Shown here: positions 12,719 to 26,194 of the stretch, piece by piece | Position numbering within the stretch: position 1 is the first letter of the stretch | Layout: each line of letters starts with the position of its first letter | The notes under the pieces: generated by a model | What the model was told of the DNA's origin: nothing | What the model saw: only the letters and a program-made list of their open reading frames with translations | Databases searched by the model: none | DNA from: Octopus sinensis | Taxonomy: Eukaryota | Direction: 5' to 3' | DNA: 64,000 nt | Assembly: GCF_006345805.1 (NCBI RefSeq) | Contig: NC_043006.1 | Coordinates: 100,130,001 to 100,194,000, forward strand | Program-made: the position numbers and the translations under genes

Positions 12719-12980
12719 AAGATCCTGGAGACTTATATGTTCACAAAATTTATTATATAGTTGCATATTTTATAAGGACTATAAAATAAATGATATATGT
12801 ATGTGTGTGTGGGTGGGGTGGTGTGTGTGTGTGTGTGCGCGCGTAAATATTAATAGTAATATAGTGTATGTCTATTTATACATCCAAAAAATTTACTCTG
12901 CAGTTCTCACATGCTCTATTTAACTGTGAAATGAATTTTGTGGATGTATAAGTCTCCATAGGCTGTATTATTATTTATAT

Positions 12981-13781
12981 ACTAGCAGTAAAGCCCGTCA
13001 ATGAAGGGGCAATTGCTTTTACTGTTTATCACCAGCCACATTGAACCAATATGTGTGTACTTTTAGAAGAGAAAACTACGTAATAAACGAAGTAGAAGAA
13101 AGATCAATATCAGACATGAAATTGTGTTTGTTTATTACATGACAATAATAAGTGAATCGTATGTGTTATTTTATTTATCTAGCATTTCTTTGATGTTCGG
13201 TTTCAGATGCATGTTGTGTTTTCTGTATCTGTCGCTGATCTTCAAGTCGTGCGCGTGTTTTATCGCCGTTTTCTGATGCACGACGTCTGTTTGCTTGGAG
13301 GTGACGGACTTGTTTTATGAGACATTATTTTGGTAATAAATATCAGTAAGTAATAGTGAAATGAAATTCGGACGCTATATTAGAGTAATGCAAGGAAAAT
13401 AGGTATATCATATAATAGAATAGCTTAAGGGAATGATAAATGTTTTTGATAAGGAATATCAGTAAGTTGGAGTGAAATGGAAGTATAAACGATGTGTGAA
13501 TATCAGTAATAGTGAAATGAATTTACAAATGCTGAATGGTGTCTGTGTTTTTTTTTTGCTGAAATTCCGACGCTATGGTACAGGAATGCAGGACAAAGTG
13601 TCGTGTGGTTATCTTTTTATTGTTGTGGCGATAATTTTCGCTTCGGTGTGAATTTCTGTCTGTGTGCGTGTGACTTCACTGTTAGATAGTCTCTGTTTAT
13701 GTGAAAGAAATTTGTATATTTATATCTGAACGGTGAAGTTAGAAAAGTAGTTATATCTGAAACATGAATGACTATACATGT

Positions 13782-13822
<41 letters not shown>

Positions 13823-13900
13823 ATGTATGTGTGCCTGCGTGTGTGTGTTGTGTGTGTGTGTGTGCGTGTGTTTGTGTTCACATGGAGAGAGAGCGAAAAA
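12981..13900 (-). mobile_element. Possible non-autonomous Helitron
   Basis: CTAG end at 12982 with an adjacent imperfect GC hairpin (GCCCGTC...GGGGC); other boundary unclear. Confidence 0.3.
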
Positions 13901-14198
13901 GACAGGCAGAGAGATAAAAAAATAACATCATTTCTTTAGAGTTCTTCTCTGCTGGTGAAAATGGACAAAACACCTACACTTATAATGTCTTCCAATATTT
14001 TCTTTCTTTTCAATTTTACTTGTTTCAGTCATTAGCTTGTGGCCATTCTGGGGCACTACATTGAAGATTTTTTACTTGGACGTATTGACCGCAGAATATT
14101 TATTTTTTAAATCTCTACTTGTGGCAGTGATTACAGAGAATGTGTGAGTGAGAGAGAGATTGACTGTGTTTAATTGTGCAGAATACAATAAATCTCTC

Positions 14199-14581
14199 TC
14201 TATATAAGCCTGAACTTGTCTGTGTATGGCAGGTTTGGTAGCCTTCAACTAACACTATCTCCTCCGAAACCCTGCGGTGCAGGTTGACCAAATTTAAGTG
14301 TATGATAGAAGGCTTGCTCTTCATTTCGTAAAAGATAAAATTCAAATCGGACCATGTTAAGACCAAAAATTATTTACATCAAAAGGTGCTTTCTTTTCTA
14401 TGAAAATCTCTATTTTTTACGATTTTTTGACTGCCGTTTCGCCATTTTCGGTGTATTTCAACCAGAAAAATGTTTGCTTAAAGAGAATAACAAGCTACAT
14501 AATGCAAAATTTTAACTTTTCAAAAATTGAAATTCTAAAGGATCGAAACAACCCCGAGCAACGCCGGGCGATACTGTCAGT
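14199..14581 (+). mobile_element. Non-autonomous Helitron-like element
   Basis: 5' TCTATATAA; subterminal CCCG...CGGG hairpin (14553-14568); degenerate CTAG-like end. Confidence 0.45.
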
Positions 14582-14940
14582 AAATGAATAAATATATGTG
14601 GTGTGGTGGCTGTCATTGTCTTCGACGCACACTATTCTCGCCACAGGACAGTTTTAGGCCAAATAGAAAGACAGAAGGATAGAAAGATAAAGAGAGAGAG
14701 GGGGGGAGAGAATGAGTGAAAGAGATAGAGAGATTGAAACGTATCGGTTCTTTGAAATTTTGGCTCATTATCTCTGGTCACACCATCATCATCATTTCAT
14801 CACCAAAGTTAAAGTGAGAATGTGAACAAAATACCCACGCTTATAAAATGAGACGGTGTCTCTTGTTTTGTGGCACAAACAGACAGAATCTCTCTTTTAG
14901 ATATATATACATATTTGCAGGATACATACATACATACATT

Positions 14941-14976
<36 letters not shown>

Positions 14977-14977
<1 letters not shown>

Positions 14978-15080
14978 TTTATTTAAAGCGGCAGAAAATT
15001 CAACAAAACCTGTTACTTTGAGTTTCCCTGGAAAGTCAGAGTAACAGGTCTGGTTGAATTTTCTGCTGCTTTAAATAAAG
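14977..15080. repeat. Foldback hairpin, 45-bp arms, beside (TA)n
   Basis: Arms 14977-15021 and 15036-15080 with a few mismatches. Confidence 0.85.
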
Positions 15081-15150
15081 CATATTACTCAACCACTGGT
15101 ATTTGAGTACTCTTTTTTCCACCTTGTTTCACATTTATGTGTTTACTCCG

Positions 15151-15210
<60 letters not shown>

Positions 15211-16504
15211 GGTTGTGTGTGTATATGGATGCATATGTAACTTCCTTTCAAAGATTCAAATTAAAAGTTCTAAATAGTGAATCACAACTTTATACACATG
15301 TAGTGTAAGATATGTATTATAGATAATTTCGAGATTAAAGAATACGTTATGATTATATGTTATGGTAATTGCCGTTTCTTTCACACTTCTCAGTCAGCAA
15401 AATGGTTATGTACTTCCGTTTCTGGGTCAGTTAAAACACACTCATGTCATTTAAAACGATCGAAAATATTAAATGACAAATAGTTGGTTGACTTTAGTAC
15501 TGATATCTAAAATTTTATTGAAGACATAATGTGAGGAAACAGGTGTCCAAACAGTCGAGCGAAATAAAATATGATTTGCTTGACTATTGATGCATAGAGG
15601 CAATATACTGCCAGTGTGCGTAACTGTCTTGCTTGTCCTTATAAAAAAATTAAGCCACATCTGTTGTAATATGTAAATTGCTAAACATTGCATGGCATAA
15701 ACACTAGCTTGTACCATGTATGCTTATCGTATGCAGCTATGATTTGAAATATTTTTAGTTTTTGTAACCCCAACAGCTTTCACTGTTTATCCAACAGGCA
15801 AACAAATATTTTCCCTCGTATCTTCTTTTCTTAGAGGTGATGATTCATATAAACTATGTTGCAATAACGTATGAAATGCTGGCAAACTATGTTGATTCAT
15901 TCATTTAGGAAGGTGAATGCATTCACTGCTTCAAATTTTGCGGGTAGGAAAATTTATAATTTTTAATAAGAAATGTAATCTCATACCTGACATATTAAAT
16001 ATTTGCACGCTTTATCGATACTGAATTCTGTTGTTAAACAACGAGAAGAAGGGAAAACAGAAAAAAGTTTTGTAAGCAAGCACCACATATTCAGTGTGGT
16101 CGTTGTTTCTAGAAGTTGCTTTATAATCATCAAAAACTCACCTTTATTCTACAGTACAGGACACGGCTATAATGTATTCGATATGTTAGCATGATGACTT
16201 CGTGCTGTTATAATTCCGTGTTTGTGAATAGCATTTGATACAATGCTTATTGTGTTTATAAAAAGAAATTGAGGAACAAACATTGTTCAAGATGCATTCA
16301 AGGAGGGTGGAAAGATTTTCAGGAGAGACATTTAATAACGTCAAAGATATACAAAACTCTAATAGTAGGATCCTCTGAATACAACAGGTATATCTTAGTA
16401 TCTAATCATTTCCTGAAGGTCTAATGGAATCCTCCAAGTTGAAGATGTCCGGGACTGTTGCCGTGGCCTCATTTATCACCTAAACACTTCTCCTTTAGAC
16501 TGAG

Positions 16505-16800
16505 GGAATGCACGTAGCTTAATGTTTCAGGTATTTAGCTCACGATCGTGTGTTCGATTCCTCGCGGTGCGATTTATTCTCAAACAAGACATTTTATTTT
16601 TCGATACTCCAGTCCACTAAGCTGGCAAAAGGCGTTGTACCTAATTTTTCAAAGAGCCAGCTATGACACATTTTTGTCACGCTGAATCACCCTAAAAACT
16701 GCTTTAATGGTACACATCTATGCTAATTTCAGGAGCTGGCTCTTCGATAGACGTTATCAACAGGAATACTTATTGTCGTAATCGATAGAGAGCCAGGCCT
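16505..16800 (+). mobile_element. Old degenerate SINE related to family B
   Basis: tRNA-like head (GTTCGATTCC) and GTCACGCTGAATCACCC shared with 19344-19728. Confidence 0.35.
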
Positions 16801-16888
16801 TTCGCTCTGGTAACAACCAAAAATCACAAGGGGCAATGTCTGGACTGTAGGAATGGTGATGGTCAGTTTAGATAGTCATCTCAGTCAA

Positions 16889-16958
<70 letters not shown>

Positions 16959-16964
16959 AAGGAG

Positions 16965-17130
16965 AGTTTACGAAAAAAACAAAAGACGAAGACAGGTGGT
17001 GTACGAAACAAACAGATGTATTAGTATAACGCTCAGAAATAGAAAACGTCTTTTAAGTTTCGAGCCTACGCTCTTCTATAGAAAGGGACACAGTAAAAAC
17101 AAGGAGAGAAAAAATGTGTGTAGTGGCTAA
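16965..17130 (-). mobile_element. PLE-derived repeat with degenerate HHR, inserted in (TA)n
   Basis: Homologous to 11185-11300; flanked by long (TA)n on both sides. Confidence 0.55.
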
Positions 17131-17135
17131 CGATC

Positions 17136-17215
<80 letters not shown>

Positions 17216-17940
17216 ATATATATGTATATATATATATATACATATATATACATATACACTAGCAAAACTGCATATTTTTCTAAAGTTTCTTATAAAACGA
17301 AAAGCCAATAATCCTATTAACAAGCTATCACAGTAATCAGTGTTGCTTATGAATTTGAAATTGACGGCAAACATGAAAGTGGTATACTTCTACAATATCA
17401 ACCATACAAATCGTCTCCCTCACTTCATTTCTTTATGCACATCAAACAAAGAGAGGAAATGTAATGCATTACATCATGGAAATGAAAATGAAACTAGAAA
17501 GGAATACTAATAAACACTTCATTTCCCTTCTAGAGAATTACCCAACAGAAGCACAATAGATGTTAATGACAAATAATTTTCGGAGCATAATTTAGTGCCA
17601 AAACAAACCTGCAGATGATAGACATTAATGAACAAAAATAAATCACTCATTTTCTAATGATGTACAAATTTAACGGTCAAAAATTCAACAGCCACCACTA
17701 GTGGATACTCTGATTGCTTGGCCCCATTTACCATAAGTTATTTATATCGTATACTAAGCAGCGTAGTTTTCTCTTGGTGTTCATATACTGCACACGGCAC
17801 GAAACAAAGCTTGATATGTAAACATTGGTGAGCAATACCTCTATACACCGGAAAATTCACAGGGAAAAGAATATATTAACTGTGGAAGCAATACTTACAA
17901 CAAGAAAGAACAAGAAAATATAAATTTGGTATAAATTATA

Positions 17941-18153
17941 TACTCTTTTACTTGTTTCAGTCATTTGACTGCGGCCATGCTGGAGTACCGCTTTTAGTCG
18001 ATCAAATCGACCCCGGGACTTATTCTTTGTAAGCCCAGTACTTATTCTATCGGTCTCTTTTGCCGAACCGCTAGGTGACGGGGACGTAAACACACCAGCA
18101 TCGGTTGTCAAGCAATGCTAGGGGGACAAACACAGACACACAAACACACATAC

Positions 18154-18198
<45 letters not shown>

Positions 18199-18361
18199 GA
18201 CAGGCTTCTTTCAGATTCCGTCTACCAAATCTACTCACACGGCATTGGTCGGCCCGGGGCTATAGCAGAACACACTTGCCCAAGATGCCACGCAGTGGGA
18301 CTGGACCCGGAACCATGTGGTTGGTAAACAAGCTACTTACCACACAGCCACTCCTGCGCCT
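17941..18361 (-). mobile_element. SINE family A, full length
   Basis: Near-identical to the 737 and 58735 copies. Confidence 0.9.
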
Positions 18362-19244
18362 ATTTGTGAATAGAAATAAATAATTGACTGATCACTTCTA
18401 AATAAAACGATCAAAATTCATATTTGAGCAGCAACCTCTACAGCAACATCTGTGACATTCTTCACTATAAGTTATAATAGCAGCAGCCAGCATTGCAAAT
18501 TAATCTTCAAGAGAACACTAGAAAGTTTATAGAAGAATATCAAAAGCCCCAAAAGAATAAATGCTTCAAAAAGAGCCAAAATATAAATCAAATCACCATT
18601 GAATATAGCAAACATTGCCTTCGGTCTCAGAACTCATACCGATGTCTTCAGGTTTTTCTGGTGATGGAATTAGAACGTCCGTGGGTAAAAAGTCCCATGC
18701 TGTTGGGGGTTGGGATAAACGATATTCCCCCCCCTCCTCGAACTGTGTTCCTTCATCTTCACATGAGTAAAAGTAACAGTCATCACTGATTTTAGGTGAT
18801 CTTCGGCATTGAGTTGATTTGTACCTTTTACCGAGGGTCTTAGGTTTTCAACACAAATTAAGCAGGCCTTATAAGAAGCCCACTTTTTATCTCGGTTTCG
18901 TAATTTCACGCGCAATTAGTTATAATAAGATTTTTTGACAAATTCGCTAATGCTTCACTGACCTTTATTTTTCTAATTTTGATATAAAACTCGCCATAGT
19001 TCAAACAAAAGTTATCCAGGCTTGCTGTACACCTTCCAGATGATATTCTGGCTCCAAATGATGAGGAAACTGAGAAGGGAACATGTTTTTAACCGCATAT
19101 AATAAGTTTTCTATTCAAAGATAGATATAATATCATTAAAGACATAGTGAAATATCATATATGATACAATAAAAAAATCGCGAGTAGCAAATACATACTG
19201 AAGAATGCACGAGGGGATAATGGAAATATATATATATATATATA

Positions 19245-19795
19245 TATACCCTCCTTGTTTTTCTATGTCCCTTTCTGCAGAAGAGCGTAGGCTGGAAACG
19301 TAAAAACCTTCTCTATTCCTGAGCGTTATACTAATACATCTGTGGAGGCGCAATGGCCCAGTGGTTAGGGCACCGGACTCGCGGTCATAGGATCGAGGTT
19401 TCGATTCCCAGACCGGGCGTTGTGAGTATTTATTGAGCGAAAACACCTAAAAGCTCCACGACGCTCCGGCAGGGGATGGTGGTGATCCCTGCTGTACTCT
19501 TTCACCACAACTTTCTCTCACTCTTACTTCCTGTTTCTGTTGTACCTGTATTTCAAAGGGCCGGCCTTGTCACTCTCTGTGTCACGCTGAATATCCCCGA
19601 GAACTACGTTAAGGGTACACGTGTCTGTGGAGTGCTCAGCCACTTACACGTTAATTTCACGAGCAGGCTGTTCCGTTGATTCGGATCAACCGGAACACTC
19701 ACCGTCGTAACCGACGGAGTGCTTCCCAACTAATACATCTGTTTGTTTTGAACACCACCTGTCTTCGTCTTTTGTTTTTTTTTCGTAAACTCTCC
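19245..19795 (+). mobile_element. PLE-derived repeat with degenerate HHR, interrupted by a SINE
   Basis: CTGCAGA-A-GAGC-GTAG-GCTG-GAAACGTA at 19275-19302; the remainder resumes after 19742. Confidence 0.55.
19344..19728 (+). mobile_element. tRNA-type SINE, family B, full length with 14-bp TSD
   Basis: GGAGGCGCAATGGCCCAGTGGTTAG...GGTTTCGATTCCC head; ACTAATACATCTGT at 19330-19343 and 19729-19742. Confidence 0.9.
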
Positions 19796-20339
19796 CTATA
19801 TATATATATATATATATTAACCTAAGTAATGTGACCTTCTAAAGTGCGCCTTTCTATCGTCTCAGGTTGGGAGCGACTGATATTAGTGATGTAGTGCTTT
19901 TGTGTAACCGAAACGGTCTAAAAGTTGGTAGATGATTATTTTTCACAATCACGGCTATTAGTTATACTGTTAGAGATTATTTAAGTATGGCAATTAATAG
20001 TAATAATAATAAAAAAAAAACAAGAATCAAATCCGACCATATGGTAAGATGCTATCATCGATTTTGTGAAGACACTATACTTGATAATGTAATTTCTTTG
20101 TAATTTTTTAAATCAGCAGAAAAAAATTTATCAATTTCAGTTTCTGGTCACATGTGTAATGAGGCTGCAAACAACTGAGAAACAGAATCATCCAATCAAC
20201 ATTGCTCTCTTTGCTATCAGCGTTACCATAATGATTCTCATCCTCTTCATCAATTACTCTGTCTCACTCTCTCTCTTTCTCACCCTCTCTCTCTCTGTAT
20301 ATGTGTATACTTGCGCGCACGTGTGTATATAACGCAAAG

Positions 20340-20720
<381 letters not shown>

Positions 20721-21227
20721 GTGCTCATGTGTATATATGTGTGTCTGTCTGTGTGTCTGTCTGTGTGCGTGTACACTTGCCACATTGAGTTACATTTCTC
20801 ACTTTTTTTTTCAAGCGAGTGGTCTCGTCAGCCCACGTTGCAATAATGCAACCTATGCACCAACATGTGTATGAATTTATGTATACGTGTATGTTTGCAC
20901 ATATGCATAAGAATAAAATAAAGGTGTAGATACAGAATTAGAACGCGTAATACAAGTACAAGTGAAAGAAAAAAATGATTATAAGGTATAAATATAGAAT
21001 ATAGGACAATGAAAAGCAGATAATATTCTCTCACTTGTGCAGTACAAACCACCTGAAGGTCTCTTACATATCAATATCAAATTTATGGTGAGATGTCGGA
21101 GGTGTTATGTAGTTATTATTGATAGCTTTGTCCTTGATTTATAAATTGCACACGGCTAAGAGACGTTGAAGTGAGAAACTCACTTAATATGGTCATCTCG
21201 CCATTTCAAATTTAATTTTTTAATTTA

Positions 21228-21259
<32 letters not shown>

Positions 21260-21265
<6 letters not shown>

Positions 21266-21596
21266 TTGTGTGTGTGTGTGTGTTTGTGGGTGTCCGTGCC
21301 TGTTTTTGCGTGATTATGTGCCTGTGCGTACATGCTTATATTCATATATATGAATATATATATATACATATGTGTGCATGTGTGTGTGTATGTATGTATG
21401 TATGTATGTATGTATGTATGTATGTACATGAATATGTATATGTATGTGTATATATAGATGTTTGTGTGTGCATGTGTGTATACGTGCGTGTATATGTGTG
21501 CGCGTTTGTGTCTGTGTGTGTGTCCGTGCCTGTTTTTGCGTGATTGTGTGCCTGTGCGTACATCTTTATATATATATATATATATGGATATATATA

Positions 21597-21670
<74 letters not shown>

Positions 21671-21745
21671 TGTGTGTATGTATGTACATGAACATATATA
21701 TATGTGTGTGTATATATAGATGTTTGTGTGTGTGTGTGTGTGTAT
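21260..21745. repeat. Tandem duplication (about 230-260 bp) in a compound microsatellite
   Basis: GTGTCCGTGCCTGTTTTTGCGTGATT.TGTGCCTGTGCGTACAT at about 21290 and 21520; a second block at about 21421 and 21680. Confidence 0.6.
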
Positions 21746-22355
21746 GCAGCTCTTTCTCATTCGTTCCTGCACTATAACTATTCATTTAACACTCGCCCCT
21801 ACACCCATCTCTTAACATCCCTTTTACTTTTATCCCATATCTTGCTACCCTCCCTATTTTCCTCTGCTTTTGTCTCTTCCTCAAACCCACGCTTACATAC
21901 TTTCTCTGTTTTTGTTTTTATTCTTTGCGTTGTTAAATTTAATATATAAATCTACACGAAAGTGTAAATAAGATTAAAATAATTCTGGATACGGAGAACT
22001 AGCTGAGAAAAAGTACTGTATATTGAATCTTCACAATTTTTTATTCTGGCTTTGCATCGTATATATACGTATATATAGACAAATACAGGTGTATTAAATG
22101 CCATACAAAATTCTGAATGTATTAACATCATCTCCGCTTCTAGAAATGTTTCGTAATAACCAAAGGGAAATTAAGATCAACTTCAGTTAAGAAGGGGAGA
22201 TAACTCACGATTCAGAAATTCGCCGCGACTGACGTAGTAAGGACAACGTACATACTTATTTCCTGGCGATAAGAGAATAGGCATGGACATAATTTTCTAG
22301 CTTAATAGGCGTCGTCAGCAAACCATTTGTGCATTCTTTACACACACACACAGTC

Positions 22356-22386
<31 letters not shown>

Positions 22387-23060
22387 TATCGTCAGTAGTT
22401 TCCACAGACACATACTCACACACAATGAGTCACAAGCGCACATATGTGTCTGTATATGTATGTATATGTATATGCATATATATATATATATATGTGTGTG
22501 TGTGTATATGTATATATACACAGATGCACACACACATACAAACACACACACACACACATATACATATCATACTCCTATAAATGAGAACTGATTTTATTTC
22601 ACAAAAATCTATCACATACAATAAATGATTCTGTACTATTAAAGTATGTCTTAAAATTATGTTTCATATTTTAATAATCTGTTGCTGTTTGTTAAAAACA
22701 ATAAATTTCCTAACTCTAGATTTTCTAGGCCCTCCCTGTCACATATTGATAATGTGAAGTGATGAAGTGATGACGTTTTTACCATTCCTTACTGTTTCTA
22801 TGATGTTGTTACTTTCTGGTATTTTATTATTTTACCTTACCTCCTCACATGTCAGTTTCCTAACATTATAGTCTCTCGGATGAAGCTCTGTAGCTCAGTC
22901 ATTATCCAGTTCCTGTCCAATGTTTGTGCAGAAAGTTACCCTCCCAGGCACAAGTCCAGCCTCCCCTCTCCTCGCCACCAGTGTTATTCAAGGGAAAGGC
23001 AATGGGGCCGATACAGCTTGGCACCTGTAACGTCAAAACTCATTTCTACATAAAGTAGAA

Positions 23061-23134
23061 TCCCGGTGTGGGATTCGAACTCACAATCTCACGATCGTAA
23101 GCTCGACGCTCTAAACACTGAGCCATGCGCCTTC
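23061..23134 (-). mobile_element. Isolated tRNA-like SINE head
   Basis: GGCGCATGGCTCAGTG.TTAGAGCG A-box, GAGTTCGAATCCC B-box; acceptor stem does not close. Confidence 0.6.
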
Positions 23135-23140
23135 ACATAT

Positions 23141-23171
<31 letters not shown>

Positions 23172-23217
23172 AGCAACTCGGTTCATTTTGAAGGATCACA
23201 AACAAAATTTTTTACCA

Positions 23218-24371
23218 ACCCATCATTAAGGCTTATCTGCCCTTCTAGCTCTGACATCGGTATCCTTAGTAAAAATATACTAGATAAATATTTTCCTAAT
23301 TTAATTAAAACATTAAAACTTAATTTATGGACTAATTCGTTTCAAGTAGTTGACTGGTTCAGTTCTATTACCAATAAGGGGAGTACTAAGTATATCCAGT
23401 TTGATATTTCCAATTTTTATTCATCTATCAATCCAATAGTACTTAATAAGGCACTTTGGCTTGTTCATAACAAAGCTGGTCTCACCCGAGAAGAAATTAA
23501 TGTTGTGTTGGCAGCCAGAAGATCTATTATTAAATTTGATAATAAGTTGTGGGTCCTTAAAGACACACCAGATAGTTTCGATATACCAATGGGATGTTCT
23601 GATTCAGCACAGATAGCTGATTTGGTCTGTATATATATTCTTTTTGAAATGGCAAAGCGAATGAAGGCAGAAAACCCTTATTTAATCCCATATTATCGTT
23701 CTAAAAGTAAATATAACACCTTCAAAAATAATTCCACGATGAATACTAGTAAAAATATTTGGTTAATAATTCCTTAAGGGAGACAAATTAAATCTAATCT
23801 CCCACTGCTGTTTCGTCAAGCTATTGTTAGGAATTTTCCAAAGAATTCTAGGTATTACTCAATTATCAATTCACATACGGTCGGGATCGGTTTTTCAAAC
23901 ACAAAAAATTTCTTACAAATTATATCTTCACATAAAAACAAACTGTTAAATATTAATACATTTACTAATACTAACATTAATTTAGCTAATACCATCCAAC
24001 CCTCTAGAAATATTAATAACAAGGTTATTGTATCTGAAATCAATTCCAATAGAATTAAGTTTATGTCAAGTAACTCTAAGATTAAACAGTCTATATACCA
24101 GTGTATAATCAGTACTCGTAATAAAGTACGATTTTACATTGGAAGCACATCGTTAGAGTTACCTAAAAGAATTTCTATCCATTACTCAACATTTAGGGAT
24201 AGAAATAAACGTAATAGTACCGGTTTCAGCAAACTGATTTGGAATCTGAAAGACCACAACGAACAAATTCATTTAGAATGGTTGATTCTCTCAATCTTGA
24301 TACCTTATGACAAAGGCAAGGAATTCTGTCTTCTCTGCAATTCTGAGCTATTTTTCATTATTTTTTCCTAA
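23218..24371 (+). pseudogene. PLE RT-endonuclease ORF remnant
   Basis: Open frame about 23218-23777 (LRLICPSSSDIG...LVCIYIL) jumps to the post-thumb KNIWLIIP region without YxDD; linker, then the 24063-24371 GIY-YIG ORF ending CLLCNSELFFI. Confidence 0.85.
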
Positions 24372-24657
24372 AAATTCCCTTAGTAAACACGGTTATAGAG
24401 CGAGCATACAGATGTAAACATTGGCAAAAACACACATTTAGTGCATATAAATAGTCTCTATCATTATATATAATTTAAACTTTAATTTCATTTATATTAA
24501 ACATTCACTATTAATATCCCTACTCTGTCTGTTAGCTACTTATGACGTTATATCATATAACGTTTTTTTAAACAATATTAATAGCGTTCAGTCAATCGCT
24601 ATACAAATCAATCATTTTTTGCTAAAATGTCTTATTGACGAGTTTCGGTTTTTTTCT

Positions 24658-24741
24658 CTTTCCTGAAGAGAAGATTGCATTGTTTATACCATTTATTCTT
24701 TTGAATAGTATCAGTGGAATTTTTGAAACATGTGTCGAAAG
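24658..24741 (+). ncRNA. Type I hammerhead ribozyme, intact core
   Basis: Stem I CTTTC/GAAAG, CTGAAGA (24663-24669), long stem II, GAAA-C-ATGT-G-TC; predicted cleavage after C24736. Confidence 0.7.
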
Positions 24742-25170
24742 TAAAAATATTTGATTTACACCTGCGTTGAACTCCATTTATTTATTTATATATTATTCAA
24801 AATATTCCACGTAACCACGAAGTTTCTACCTTTATAAACAAGGAGTTACAACCTCTTTACTTGTGAAATTTTTGCTATCCTGGTAACTATTTTTTTTTTT
24901 TCCGTGTTAATTGTTAACAAGGTAAAATACACTCATCTATGTATAATACAAATATATATATATATATACATATATACAAATATATATATATAGCACGGAT
25001 TTTTGTCAGTGAAGGAGGTCGCGGATTTTAGCGACGAAAATATTTTGACAAATTAAACTTATATGTTGAAGTGAATCGAACGGCTTTTGTGTGTTTCTTC
25101 AATGGCTTATAAACACCTCCCACGCTGCAATTGTTATAATATATATATATATATATATAAATACAAATTT

Positions 25171-25231
<61 letters not shown>

Positions 25232-26148
25232 GTAAGGGAGTTTAGTACACTAAGCGCAGAATAATGGCAATATGAAATCGTGAAGGTGACTGAAAATGTG
25301 AGAAGACAGAAACCTGTCTATATTGGGAAAAAGAGACGAACAAACACCGAAGCAGAAATTCAGAACAGATAATATTTACACATATTTACAGTACAAACCA
25401 CCTCAAGCTCAATTACATTTGAATATCAAATTTACTTCATAATGTAGGTGGCGTTATATTGCAATTATTGTTAGCTGTGATTTTGACCTAAAGCAGTATA
25501 CACACTTCACAAGGTGAGGATGTGCAGAACAAACTTGGTGTAAAGATTTCTCGGCGCTTTTAATGAAATGCATAGTTCAGTATATACATACACAAGCATA
25601 AGTTCATATGTATGTATGCATGAATGCACTTTCGTGTACATTGAAGAGAAAAGTAATAATACTTCAGTATAATAGACAGTAGATTTTTAATTAATCTCTC
25701 AGAAACCGAATTCCTTCGATGATTACTGTAGACTATGATGAGTACTAACAATAATACTAAAAACATATGAATTCAGTTTAACTCAAAGCAGTATAAACAC
25801 CTTTGAGAATATTAATGTTATACATATTCAGCTAGTGCGTGTAACTGATCACAATTGAAAATACACACACCTACCCACATACATATGTATATATTTTAAG
25901 TTACCTTAAAAAAAAACCTCGATTCAATAACACCGTTTACAAACCCTATGCTTGGAATGACCAATTTTAAATGCTATTCTAACTTAATCACAAGGTACAG
26001 GAATCTTATATGTATGCCATTCTGCCTAAATAATGGAACTGAAGATATATTATACCTGTATATCTCACGTCTATTTTCATTCCTCCACTTCACTCTCTAT
26101 TTCATGTCTTATCTAGAATAAATATTGCTTAACCATTTTCTCTCACCA

Positions 26149-26194
26149 TTTCGGACGAAGGGATATATAAAATATCACAGAAACAGCTGTAAGA
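26149..26194 (+). ncRNA. Degenerate minimal HHR (PLE type)
   Basis: CGGACGA-A-GGGATAT...ATATC-ACA-GAAA-CAGCTG-TA; reverse homolog at 56073-56118; core mutated. Confidence 0.4.

Larger units (their letters stand above)
23171..24810 (+). mobile_element. Penelope-like retroelement (RT plus C-terminal GIY-YIG), internally deleted, with 3' pseudo-LTR
   Basis: Starts after (TA)n; RT motifs IQFDISNFYSSI and FDIPMGCSDSAQIADLV; GIY-YIG IYQC...FYIGST...KRISIH; HHR downstream. Confidence 0.85.

Noticed and set aside
17053-17374. ORFs rich in YI/IY, CV/VC, HT/TH, MYVC, poly-I, poly-N, poly-D or poly-S here and throughout the track
   Set aside because: They are translations of (TA)n, (CA)n, (TATG)n, (TAA)n and (CAT)n microsatellites, not genes
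18460-18610. Hydrophobic minus-strand frame MFAIFNGDLIYILALFEAFILLGLLIFFYKLSSVLLKINLQCWLLLL
   Set aside because: T-rich strands yield hydrophobic peptides by chance; no splice or homology support
23061-23134. tRNA gene candidates (also 19344, 26970-27043, 52915)
   Set aside because: A and B boxes are present but the acceptor stems do not close and they continue into SINE bodies, so they are SINE heads
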